Assembly (NCBI RefSeq): GCF_009914755.1 | Contig: NC_060945.1 | Strand: one strand, 5' to 3' | From: the human T2T-CHM13v2.0 reference genome, Homo sapiens | Length of the DNA: 64,000 nt | Shown: positions 12,192 to 25,011 of the stretch, one piece after another | How positions within the stretch are numbered: the stretch's first letter is position 1 | Layout of the letters: each line of letters starts with the position of its first letter | Translations under genes and position numbers: made by a program | Notes under the pieces: generated by a model | Told to the model about the DNA's origin: nothing | What the model saw: the letters and a program-made list of their open reading frames with translations, nothing else | Databases searched by the model: none

Positions 12192-13146
12192 GTGAGAAAA
12201 AGCAGCCCTGTTTCCAATAGCAGATGAAAACTAGACCATTTTACTTTTAGTTTTTCTGTAGACTGATTACAGCAAAAACACTTTAGTATCCTCTTTAAAA
12301 TAAGATGGCTGAAACCTCTGGGGCTTGAATTGCTGAAATTCAGATGGCCTGTGTCCCACGAGACAGGGGAGCTCCGCCCTCCCACTGTGGGCCTGGTGAA
12401 GTCCGTGTCACTCGGCGGCTCCTCTGACAGCTGCATCTGGCCTCCCAGGTGTTGTGGGAGATGCAGAGTCCAGGACCCTGCCCCAGGCCTTTTGAAGCCA
12501 AAGCTACATGTTAACATGGGAGTTTGGGAAGTCCCGACCTGGGTCACCCAGCGCACAGCACCAAAGTAGCAGAGCTGGGACCCAGCCTGGCGAGTCCAGA
12601 TTTATTTGTAAATGGCTTTTATTTTATACAGATAAAATTTATTTATTTGTAAAATTCAGCTCAGCCAGGCCAAAGGCTTATTTATGGTGGACGATCGCAA
12701 ACAAGATGCGGAAGCTAAAACGGGAACACCAGCGTCATCAGGTCTTAAGTCTTAGATACTGTGCCTCATTCACCTGGTGTGTGCATCCATGAGTTTTGTT
12801 CAAATGACAGTTCATCAAGTGACTGTATGTATTAATTGATTGTAGAGGCACAAATTTTAATTTCAGGCCTTCCAAGACTTTCAGGGAAAGGCCTCTTTCT
12901 TCTTCTTGAGTACAGAATGCGCTCAGAGCAAGAGGTAGAATGGGTGATGGCACAGCCTGAGGCCACATAAACACATCAGCTCTCGTGAGCATCGCGAGTC
13001 CTGCATGGCACAGAAGCAGGGTCTGCATGGCCCCCCGTTGATTCTGCGCCGACTCCCTACTTTGCAGGCACTGCTGCGCCCTGCACTGCTGGACTCGTTT
13101 CAGCTTCTCAGCTCCATCTTCTGTCTTCTGTTTTGTTGTGCTGCAG

Positions 13147-13313
13147 GAGAGGTTTGATTATGGGGGTCTGGAACTCCCACACCTCCGTGGGCAACATCTT
13201 GGGGTCATTGATCGCTGGCTACTGGGTGTCCACATGCTGGGGCCTGTCCTTCGTCGTGCCTGGAGCCATCGTGGCAGCCATGGGGATAGTGTGCTTTCTC
13301 TTCCTCATTGAAC
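13147..13313 (+). CDS. SLC37A1: SLC37A1 exon #5 (167 nt): RGLIMGVWNSHTSVGNILG...CFLFLIE
   Basis: ctgcag|GAGAGG acceptor and GAAC|gtaagt donor; GlpT-family signature region; phase 2 to 1. Confidence 0.96.
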
Positions 13314-16300
13314 GTAAGTGCACGTGGCCTTGGAGACCACCCACCAAGGGAGGCCTCGGGTTTCCCTGCCTGGGTGGGCCTTGGGGGCGAGTGTGAGAGC
13401 TGCGTGGCCTAGCGCCCTGTTTGCCCGTGGCTGCCTCAGCGCTCTTCTTACCAGGGAGACTTCCCCGGGGAGCCGGTTCTCTCCTGGTTTTGCTGGATTT
13501 CCTACTCTCCCCTGATTCTGGAGTGACCCATGTCCCCATTCCTTCCTCCCGTCCTCCTGTCCTCCCTTGCCCCGGCATCAGGCGTTCATGCATGGGAGTC
13601 TTCCATCTTCCCACAGGCTGTTCCTTCTCATGCCCATCTTGCCACCACAGCCTGAATTGGACCCAGTCAGCTCTTTGCCTTCTGATAAGATATATCTTGG
13701 ACAGTGTTATAAAAGACTGACTTAATATCTTAACTGGGTAAAAAGTATCTCTTGGAAAATCAAATCTCTTATTCCATTTCAGATTCAATAGCAAACTCTT
13801 TATTTAATTGAATTTGAAATTCATTTCTGAAGTAGAGATCCAGCAGGCTCTGGTGCTGAGAAGATTCAGGACAGTTACAGCAAGAATAGAGATGCCCGGG
13901 TGGCCCTGGCGGTCACACGACAGGGGCTCGAATCCCGCAAGCCATTCTGATAAGCTGTACTCAACTCTTAGTTCTTTGACTGAGTTTAAACCATATGGCA
14001 GGAGACAGCTCCCTCATGCTGCCTGCCAGGTAGGGACACTCAGAGCCAGCTCCCTCCAGCCACACTGGGCATTGCTGATCACTTCAGCTCTGCATGCAAA
14101 AGTTCATCCATATTCCATTTAGTCGCTCACTTTTTTTGTCTTGCAAAAGCTAACCTTTTAATTTTTAAGGTAACCATCATCTGGCCACACTGTGAGTTTG
14201 GAGACTCTCACCCCATGCTTCTGTGTTGGTGAAAATGGAAATAAACATTCAGATGAGGAATGTCCAGACACACCCATTGGTGTGAGCAAAAAGTGGGGGC
14301 CCCGGGCTGCACTCCGCTCCCCTTTCCCCGCTTCTGCAGAGGCTGAGTAAGCCTTCGGCCACACCCCAAACAGCCTGAGCAGGGGCCTCCTGGGATGGGT
14401 GGGGGTCTGGATCCCTCCCAGTGGGCCAGCATGTGGCTTTCAGCTCTGGCTGGTGTGTCACTGCAGTTCTGAGAAAGGCCATTTCCACCACCTGTTTTCT
14501 TCCGCTCTGGTTCCTAGAACCTGGAGTTCTGTGCCCCTGCGCTCCAAGTGTTTGAGACACCAGCCACCCGGAGAACAATGTGCCTCTCTTTGTTAGCGCA
14601 CAGGGGCCCCTGGGTGTCTCCTGCCTGAGGGTAGAGTCCATGGGGTCTTCTGTTCTCTTCCTTAACTGGAAAGGGGCTGGCTCTGGGGAGAAAAGGACAT
14701 GTGGAAGGGAAAGGAGCTTGCTCAATGGCCGGGACCTCAGCACCCGCTCCAGGCATTCACGGCCCTATGTTGATGTTTGTCTCTGTAAGCAGAGAGAGCT
14801 CAGCTCTTGTGAATAAGCCTCCCTGATCCAATTTGGGCAGATAGCAATGAGCCAGATGCCCCCTGTCCCTGGGTCCTCTGGCCACAGGCCCACTCACCTA
14901 CAGGAAGGCTGCATGCTTCATCTCTAGCCAAACAAAACCAAACTACCAGAACCTCCTGCCCAGGGAATCTTTCTGACACTCTTTCCCCTTGTGCCTGGGA
15001 GGTGCACTGTGTCTGAATGATGAGACCCAGCTGTGACAACAGTGGCTGGATGCTGAGTCTGAGAACAGGAGCTCTTTGCAGATAGGGAGGAAACATCAAG
15101 TGCCCCTTGGTTTGTTTCTGCCCCTCCTTGTCCCGAATCACTGATCCTGGGCAGGTACTAAAGGCATCAGATGTGCCATTCTTGCGGTCAACAGAGGATG
15201 TGGCTTTCTCTGCTGCTCCTTCACTCTTGTCTCCTGCCCAGGGTGAGCCCCAAAGGACAGGGCGTCCCCTGCTCCTTTCTCAGGCCTCTCTGAGTCTCCT
15301 TTCTGAAGCTGTTCTCAAATGTGTCCCAGCCAAGGGACGTGTGTGCCCAAGTCCCTGAAGGTGAAAGTCCAGGAAGAGCCATATCAGGGGAAGCCCCTGG
15401 CTTACCCCTGGGGGCATCACACTGTGAGTGGATACCGATGGGGTGAGTTGGCTGATGTCCTTTAAATTGGTGACCATACATCACAGGTGGACCATTGGGA
15501 CTGCCCAACATGCCGACCATGTGTCCTTGGTCAGTGGCCTCGCCCTATGGGCTGTGCCCAGGACAGGAGGGCGACGCACCCCACAGCCAGCCACGGACCT
15601 CTGGGTGCAGACCCACCTGGCCCTACGGCATGTTGATAATAACCTTATCAACAAAACCCAGACAAGAGGTTTGATGCTGGCCTCGAGGCCAGCAGGAGTG
15701 TGCTCGGCAGCTGCATGTCCCTCTATGATGTCACCCTGTGTTGTATGGGAATGGACTTGGCTGTGGGGAGCCTGCAGCCCTGTAGCTCAGTTTGGGTTGC
15801 AAGGCAGTAACCAGTTTCATCCAAGGTGATAAAGAGACCAAGGTGCTTGGTAGTCAGAGGGGGCTGCAGAGGTGGAGCGAGAAGCAGTAGGGCTGGTTTC
15901 CCGCAGCACCTAGAGGCCTGGGGTCTGACTCTGGGTTCCCGCATTGCTCGGGGCAGGTTGCTGGTGTCTGTAAAGGACACGCTGAAGCCTCACTTCTGGT
16001 TCTGTTCCTTTTCAAGTTTCCTCCCTTCCTTGCATTTACACAAAGATGTTTGTTCCATATCAAGATAGATGTTTTATCTCCACTCATTTTTATTTCTAAT
16101 GAATTTCATAACATGAAATACCTCATTACAGACATTCTTCCAGCCTCGCTCCCCTGATGTGCTTTTCCTGGTTTTGCTTTTCTTCTGGGGCTTGTCCTCT
16201 GAATGAGAGTCGTGGGCTTGTCCACACAGCGTCCGCATGCTCTGCTTGTGATTATTGGCCACGCTGGGAAGTATTTTCCATATTTAAAGTAGCGTTCACG

Positions 16301-16514
16301 TTCACAGTGTTGGCACTGGCTGGCGGTGATCTGCCATACCCCCCTTGCACACAAGTGGGCTGCCAGGCCGAGTGACTGGGGACAGGCCGGGGCGTGTGCG
16401 GGAGTCACTGGTGGGACAGCCAAGCTGTGCCCTTGCCCTCACCTGGCATGCTATGGCGATGGCTTTTTTCTGAAACGAATGCCAATTTAGTAAAGGTATA
16501 AGATGGCATCTTGT

Positions 16515-16720
16515 GTTTTATTAAATTTTATTGTGTATATTTAAGGTATGCAACATGGTGTTACAGATACATAGAGATAGTAAAAAGGTTACTAGTAAAG
16601 CGAAGCAAGTTAACATAGCCATCGCAACTCACAGCTGCCCGCTTTTGTTTTTGTGGCAAGAGCAGCTCAAATCCACTCATTTAATGTGAATCCTGCATAC
16701 AGTCCAGTTTCACACCCGGT
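16515..16720 (-). mobile_element. L1MA-type 3'-end fragment
   Basis: tttattgtgtatatttaaggtatgcaacatg...aagcaagttaacatagccatc...gtggcaagagcagctcaaatc. Confidence 0.7.
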
Positions 16721-16813
16721 GCTCCCGTGTTGCCCTGTCCTCGGGTTACGTAGCTTACTTGGCATTGCCATGGTGGTGGACCTGCTCAGCCTCACTCATG
16801 TTTGCTCTTTCAG

Positions 16814-16851
16814 ATCCGAACGACGTCAGGTGCTCCTCCACCCTGGTGACG
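16814..16851 (+). CDS. SLC37A1: SLC37A1 exon #6 (38 nt): HPNDVRCSSTLVT
   Basis: ctctttcag|ATCCG acceptor and ACG|gtaagg donor; phase 1 to 0. Confidence 0.93.
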
Positions 16852-19847
16852 GTAAGGACCCTGTTTTCTTGTCCTTTTCTAGAACAGTGTGCGGTTCTGA
16901 CCACTTCCCCAGCCTGCTCCTGCCTGTGCGGTGTCAGACAGAAACACACAGGGTAGACAGAAGTCCCACCCTCAAAACATTGGCAGTTCTAGGAATAGAG
17001 AATATTCTGTTTTGGGTTTCGCTGATAATAACCTTATCAGCAAAACCCAGACAAGAGGTTCAATGCTGTCCAGATGAAGGACTTCATGCTAAGGGGAACC
17101 AAAGGCTGGGCCCTGGCCAGGCCTCCTCAGGAGTGGAGACCTCCTGGTTTCCCCAGGGGCCTCAGTGTGACGGGGAAAAACGCACGTGTCAGCTGCCTGC
17201 CATCACTTAAGTTGGTGGCTGCACGTCTCAGGTGGCCGAGAGGTCTGCCCAGCACGCCATTCCTTCTCTTCTGTACCCCTGCCCAGCTCAGCCAGCGTAG
17301 GCCCTGCAGGCAGGATTGCTGACCACGTTGGCTGCCATGAATGAGCCCTGCCCTAGCTGCCTCCACCCGCAGCCAGTCACCACTGGCCACTTTCCCACCT
17401 GGCTAAGGCCAGCCCTCCCGCGGTACCGGTCCCCTCCCTCTCATGGCCCAGGGCTTGACTCCCGCAGACACACCCCCCGCCCCAAATACCATTCCTGGCA
17501 CACTCATGTAGTATTGGTGGCTGTCTTGGAAGAAAGTCCCTCTGGCCCTCATGCCTGCTCCCAGCCGCCCCGCTCCCCATGTCCACTGGCATGACACCCC
17601 TCCTGTCTGCAGGCCACCGCCACCTCACGGGAACAGCCCATCAGATCCCAGCAACGTCACCCGGACACATAGGGTGGTCAGCTCTCTGGCCTCACCCTGC
17701 TGGGCCCGTCGCCCGCGTCTGACCCAATGCTTCCCTCCCTCTGGGGGTCAGCTCTCTTCCCTCCCTCTGGGAAAGGCTCCCCTACCCGGGCTAACATGTT
17801 AGTCACGTCTGTGCCGAGTGTCAGACCCCAGATGTGGGGGTGCCCCCAGGCTGCCCTGCGGCCTCCTCTCTCCTTGTCTGCCCGCTCACTGCAGGAGAGC
17901 GCGCTCGGGCCTTTCAGCGGCTCCAGGTGCGTTGATGTCGAGTCACCATGCTGTCCCCAGAGTGACCCACCCCTGAGCTCCGCAATCTGAGGTCTCACCA
18001 CCACTCAACCTTCCCACGGAGATGTCTGAGTGTCCTTCAGACTTAACACGACTGGAGGAGATCTCTTGATTTTACCCCTGCACAAGCCGATCCCCCAGCA
18101 TCCCCCATCTCAGTCAGGAAGCTGCTGTCCACCCTGTGGACAGGCCAGACCCGAGGAGCCAGCCCAACACCCCCTCCCTTCAGCCCCGCACCCCATCCTT
18201 GGCCATGTTCTGTCAGTTCTGCTCTGTTCTGTGAGGGGATGTGGAATGGAAACCCTCTCACCTCCTCCGCCTCTACCACCCTGGTCCCCGTCACCACCGT
18301 CAGCTCTCCTCCGAGCCACTGCTCATCAGCCTCCTAGAACGATCCACTCTTGCTCCCCAGAATCTCTTCTTCACACCGCACTTGCAGAGACTGTATTGAT
18401 ACAGACGCCAGAGCACATCAGCCCTTGCACAACACAGTCCAGTGGCTCCATGTCGCCCCGTGTGAAATCCTCACCAGTCCATCTGGTTGGTCTCTGTCAC
18501 CCTCACAGAAGGGTGCGAGCCCCTCGGGCCTGGATCATCACTGGGTCCCGGCACCTGGGGCAGCACCTGGCCTCGTGCGGGAGGGGGGCCAGAGTCCTTT
18601 TTCTGTCTTTTCATACCTCGGGCTCCTGGGTGTGATTCATATGGAAAGAAGGGTTCTGATACTTGATGACAAAAACAAAGAAACAAAATGAAGTTTGAAA
18701 ACCAGTGCCTTCAGGAAGGTCAAACACCATATGATGTTCTTAAAACTATGGTTGATATTTTAAAATGTTTTAAAAAGCCGTGTTCCTGCCCTGAGCATGA
18801 ATTTCAGTTTCCAAGCTTGTACAGTCGTGCCGTGAAGTAGCTTAAAGCTGCCCGGACCAGCCGTCTTGAGACTGGGGAGAACTTCGCACACACCTTCCGC
18901 CCTGGAACACCTTCTGTCCTCTAAGAAGAGCTTTTCTCACCCAGGGGCGGCCAGGCCTGAGGATAGGAAGCAGGCGTGCAGGGGGTTTTGGGGAGGAGCA
19001 GCTCTTCCTCACACACAGCTTTTAGGAATATGAGAGCTCATCTAGGCGAGAGGCATTGCTTCTGCTCCTCGTGTGTATGAGTTTGGGGCTGAAGCCTGTG
19101 TTTCATTCTCCCCGTTCAAATCCTCTCCGAGCAGTTCACTGAGATCTACTGGTGCCCAGGTGTCCCCGACGTGCCCTGAGGCAGGTGGTCCAGAGAAACA
19201 GCTTCTCGTCCTCTCTCCTCTCCATGTTGGCTGGTCGCAGAGGGAGAGATGGCTGATATCTGGGGATATTTTATCAGCTTCTGCAAACAGCCCCAAAGTT
19301 CTTTTTCCTGCAGGAATGTTACCTGCTCTGTGCAGGACACCAACGAGACCCTTGTCACGGGCCTTCCTGAGGGAGCTGAGGGCAGTTTGGCCAATGTCCC
19401 ATCAGCTGCTGTCCTTCTGTAGTATCTTCCCTTTATCACAAATGGGAGCTTTTGGGCAAAGCAAAATGCATTTGTAAGAGATTTCAGATGTGCTGACTTG
19501 TTCTGGGAAGTTCCCATGTGGAAGTGTTATTTTTAGGATAAAATTCTAATTTTTTCCAATATTTTAAAGTTCTTGTTATGGAGACTTTAAACATATAAAA
19601 AGGTAAAAATAACAGCATAACGAACCCCTGTGTACCCATTACCCAAGTTTCCAACAGTTGGCCAATCTGACTCTATCAACGCCCCTTCTAATACTATCCC
19701 TTCCCACCTCCTGCTGATGTATTTTGCAAGCAAATAGCAATCATCTTAATATTTTGTCTCTGACTACTTCAGTATGTTTCCAAAATATAAGGACTCTTTT
19801 ATGTGAAACAAAATGTACTATACCATTATCACACTTAAAAACCAATG

Positions 19848-21335
19848 GCAAAGAATAGAAAAACAGTAGAGAAAATCAATGAAACCAAAAGTTGGTTCTT
19901 TGGAAAGATCAACAAAATTGATCATCCTGCACCTAGACTGACCAAGAATAAAGGAGGACTCAAATTACCAAAATCAGGACCAGGAAAGGTGGCATTTCTG
20001 CCACATTTACTGAAATAAAATGGATTATGAGGGAACTATATGCCAACCAATTAGAAAACTTTGAATAAATGGAAAAATTCATAGAAGGACAGAAACTACC
20101 AAAACTGACTCAAGAGAGGAGGAAATCTGAATAGATCTAAAACAAGTAAAGAAATTAAATTGTTAATTTAAAAACTTCACTCAAAGAAAATCCCAGGACC
20201 AGATGGCTTTACTGGTAAATTCTGCCAAACATGGAAAGAAGAGCTAATACTAATTACTCACAAACTCTTCCAAAAAATAAAAGTGGGGGGAAACTTCCTA
20301 ATTCATTCTATGAGGTGTTATCGTAATAACAAAAGACTAAAACCTCTTAAGAAAACTGTACAACAGTATCTTTTATGAGTGTAGATGCAAAACTCAATAG
20401 CAGCAACCAGAATTCAGCCACCTACAAAAGGATTATTTACCATGATCAAGTGGGATTTATCCCAGGAATACACAGCTGGCTTAACAGGTAATGTTAATGT
20501 AATACACCATTTGAATGGATAAAGGACAAAAGCTGCATGATCATCTCAGTAGAAGCAGGCAAAGCACTGGACAAAATCCAGCACCCTTTCATGTGAAAAC
20601 ACTCAACAAACTAGGAATAGAAAGCAACTTCCTTGACCTGACAAAGGGCATCTAATAAAACCCACACCTCACAGTGTGCTTAATGGTGAAAGACCAGGTG
20701 CTTTCCGCCTGAGATCAGGAACAAGACTAGGAGGCCTGCTCTTGCCGTTTCTATTTACCATTGTAATGCAGGCAGGCCAGTTAGGCAAGAAAAGGATATA
20801 AACGGCATGCAGATTAGACAAGAAGTAAGACTACTTCTCTTTGCAGATGACATGATCTTTTATACAGAAAATCATAAGGAGTCCTCAAAAAAATGGTTAG
20901 AGTGAATTAATAAGTTAGCAAGGTTGCAGAAAACAAGACCAGTATACAAAAATCAATTGTATTTCTATACACTAGCAGTCAACAATCCAAAGATGAAATT
21001 AAGGCCGTTTCATTTACAATAGCATCAAAAAACATTACGCGAAGCAGAAGAAACCAGTCACAAAAGGTCACATATTGTATGATTTCATTCATATGAAATG
21101 TCCAGAATAGGCAAACCTAGAGATAGAAAGAAGATGAGTGGTTGTCAGGGACTAGGGTGGGAAGAAAGGGGGGATGACTGCTGACAGGTATGAGGTTTCT
21201 TTTTGGAGGTGATGAAAATGTTCTCAAATTGTAGTGATGGTTGCAAAACTGAATTTAAAAACCACTGAATTGTGAACATTAAATGAGTGAATGGTACAGT
21301 ATGTGAATTCTGTCTCAACAATGCTATTACAAATT
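19848..21335 (+). mobile_element. Degenerate L1 (L1MB/MC-like): ORF2 RT segment joined to a 3' end
   Basis: aatcaatgaaaccaaaagttggttcttt...; RT motif L-F-A-D-D-M-I at ~20837-20857; L1M 3' UTR text from ~21030; frameshifts and stops throughout. Confidence 0.88.
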
Positions 21336-21511
21336 TTTAAAATCTATAATCCTTTCTATTATCATACAGCTACTCAATGGTCAGATCTGCTGATTGTCTT
21401 ATAAATGATTTTGCACTGTGTTTGAGCAAGGCCTAGGCAAGGTCCACTCCTTCTGATTGGTTAATTTAATGTGCCTCTTAAGGCTCTTCTAATTTATAGG
21501 ACCTCAATGGT

Positions 21512-21519
21512 TTTTTTTG

Positions 21520-21550
<31 letters not shown>

Positions 21551-21560
21551 TGGTTTGGTG
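21512..21560. repeat. (TTTTG)n simple repeat
   Basis: Seen directly. Confidence 0.9.
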
Positions 21561-22229
21561 TTATTCTCCTTTGAATTGCTTTTGTCAAAATAAAAAATGG
21601 TCATTTTTTCTACCAAGTTTCCCACATTTGAGGCTTTGCTGACCTTGTACCTGGGGTGTGTTTCACGTGTTCCTCTATCCCCTGTATCTCCTGTAAACTG
21701 GAAACCTTCATCTGATCCAGATTTGATTTTTCTAATTAGTTTTTGTTTCAAATGAATCACAATTAATATGAAAGAGAGTATTCAATTCTTTACCATTTGC
21801 CTTGAGTCTGAGGGTGCTAATAAGAATGTGTCTCTTTATGCTTCTGCCCTGTGCTATTGAAGAGCCATGGGAACTTGTTCTTTTGATTTGTATTTGATTC
21901 CTAGGTTACTTAGGTTTAGGATATCTATTTTGTGCCCTAATCTAGGACCTCATTGGGTCCAAAACCCTGTATCAGTTGTGTCAAAATTAATGTTTTTATT
22001 AATATCTTCAGATTAGTTGGGGTTGTGTTCAGCAGCAAGCAATAGAAAAGCCCACAGGCAGTTACTAAAACAAGATGGGAAGGTATTTCTCTCTTCTATT
22101 CAAGAAATCTGGAGAGAGCCAGCCCAGGATGATGTGGGGTGTGCGTGTTGAGTGTCAGGGACACAGACTCCTCTTGTCTTTTCGTTCTTCCCCTGTGCAT
22201 GGCTTCATGCCAAAGGTGATATATTCCAA

Positions 22230-22300
22230 CCAATTAGAACAGTGCCAGGCACAGAGTTGATGCTTAATAATTATTTGTTGAATGAGTGAATGAATGATTG
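22230..22300 (+). mobile_element. L2 3'-end fragment within a probable MLT1-type LTR (~22010-22480)
   Basis: cagtgccaggcacagagttgatgcttaataattatttgttgaatgagtgaatgaatga. Confidence 0.6.
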
Positions 22301-23772
22301 GTCAGTGGCTGCTGGAGCTCCAGCCATTACATCTGTATTCCAGCCAGCAGGAAGGAGGGAAAGGACATTAGGGACAGGCCCCTTCCCTTTCAGGAGACTT
22401 CCTAGCATTTCCTAACATCATTTCTGCTTAGCTGACCACATCAAGCTGAAAAGGAATTTTAAGATAGGCTTTGCCTGAGCACCCACGTTCCTGGCTGAAA
22501 AGCAGGAAGAAGAGGGCCCGGGTGATGCTGGCAGCCTCTGCTCACTGCGGGGGACGGGGGGCCGAGTGCTGGGGAGCAGGAACCCATCTCTGCTTCTGCC
22601 TGGAATGGTCGGATGATAAACTGGCCAGATAATCACCCCTAGCCTGGCAGGCTTTGCCCTCCCTCTGAGCACAAAACAAATGTATTTTTAAAGGTGTTTT
22701 GTTACATTTTCAAGTAATAAGATCAATAGTTTTTCTTAACCTTCAGAAACCTTTTCAGGGGAAATGCCTCGAAATGTAAAGGGTGGGATCCAACTGTCCA
22801 TCTGAACGGAGTTTAACCCATGCTCTGTCTTCCCCGTGTTTCCCGCCTTTTGGAGGCCCCATAGATCTCTACTTGCAGATCTCACAGTTAGCGTGCAAGC
22901 CTGGTGGTTTTTCTTCTCAAATGCATCCAGCACTAGTGCCAGAAATCTAAATCATCTGGGCCTCTCTAAGCCTTAGAAATTGTTTTGTTATCATTTATAC
23001 TAGAGTGAGTGAATAACATCTTTCTAAGTACAGACTGATTCCTTATTTTAAAGGAAGTTTGTTTGGACTATTTCATCAACAAACAACAACATTTTACCAC
23101 TGGAGAATTTCAACAATTATTTTTATACCATTAATTATCTTCAAAAGGGGTTCTACATAGAGCCCTGTAGAAATAATGATTAGGAAATGGTACCTTTATT
23201 CTAGTGCCCAAGAAACTGCCTTCATTTCTTCACTTTTCACTTGGTAACAGGAGATAATTTTGAAATGATTTTGAGTTTTGGAGTGCATCAGTGCAGTCCT
23301 TCCACCTCCCTGCCCTCTAGCAGCAGGTCCACATTCTGGGGCTGTTGAGCAAGCCACACTCTCCTTCCCTAGAGACGGTTTTTTTTTTTTCCTTCAGAAG
23401 CATTCGGCTGACCTAGGGAGGGCAGGTGTTCCTCACATGTTAAAGGGAAAGATTGGTCTGTGCCTTTTCATTTCAAAACCATTGAAACAATCTCACGGCC
23501 ATTCAGAAAAGTTAAGTTGGCTTAATGGGTATTTTTACATTTGATTACACCTCTGTCTTAGCTCTTTCTTCAAGAGAGGATTTTATGCTCACATTCTATT
23601 ATCTGAGAGTCTGGAGTGTTGAGATCAACCATTATTCTGTTTAAATCAGTTGTCTTATGTCCTCTTGGTAGCTTTTTTGGGACGATAGTAAGTATCCTTG
23701 CTACAGTAAAGCCAGGTTTAATTTCTAGCTGTTGAATCAGTATCGCTCTAATGAAACTTTTTTTTTTACCAG

Positions 23773-23853
23773 CACTCAAAAGGCTATGAGAATGGTACAA
23801 ACAGATTGAGACTCCAGAAGCAAATCTTGAAGAGCGAAAAGAACAAGCCTCTG
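23773..23853 (+). CDS. SLC37A1: SLC37A1 exon #7 (81 nt): HSKGYENGTNRLRLQKQILKSEKNKPL; central cytoplasmic loop
   Basis: tttttaccag|CACTCA acceptor and CTG|gtaagt donor; phase 0 to 0. Confidence 0.93.
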
Positions 23854-24661
23854 GTAAGTCACACACAACTTCCACTTCCTAGAATGTCGGAGCTGCAGGA
23901 AAACTCCTTTGAGCCACGTCGGCTCTCTGTCCCTCTGCCTATGTGACATGTGTCACAAACATCCAGGTCTTAAAAAAATTCTGTCTCATTGTATTTCTTC
24001 AGTAAAATTTGAGTTTGCCCTTATTGGCTTTCTTTGGATTTTACACTTAACCAGTTCATTCATTCAGCAGCTCCGCACCTTTCAATGTCCCAGGCACTAT
24101 TCCAGGTGTTGGGGGCGGTGCTGGTGTAGACGGAACGCAGGCAGAGACATCCCCCAAGCGGTGCCAAGCAGCAGGAAGACAGGCTGAGCAGGCTCTATTT
24201 TCAGCTGGCCTTGGGAGGCTTCCCTAGGCAGGCAGTGTTGAAACAGAGCTGTGAGGGACTGGAGGGAGAGTCTGCAGGTGCCTGAGCACAGAGGGTGTCA
24301 GGGTGAGGGGCGCACGGTGGGCTGGCCACGTGAGGTGCACACAGAAAACTGACATCATGGGACCAAGAAAAGGGAGAAGCAGGTAACAGAAGGAGGCATC
24401 TCCACCTCCCCTATGTCACAGATGAGGAATTCCGGACACAGAAATGCTAAGTTAATCTGCCTTGTCATCCGCGGTAGCAGGGAGGCCTCAGTGCAGGTCT
24501 GGCCCACCCCTAGCACCTGAGCCTCCTGTGCCCTACCCTTCCCATCATCGATCCTTGTAGAGGCTCCTCACATTGCTGCTGCTTAGCTGACCACACCAAG
24601 CTGCAGCGGGCATTTTAAATTTGAGTTTAATCATTGAAGTTATAAGCTGTTCTCTTTCTAG

Positions 24662-25011
<350 letters not shown>

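Noticed and set aside
19848-21030. Active reverse transcriptase gene
   Set aside because: The FADD motif is present, but the frame is broken by stops and indels and the 5' end is missing; a fossil L1
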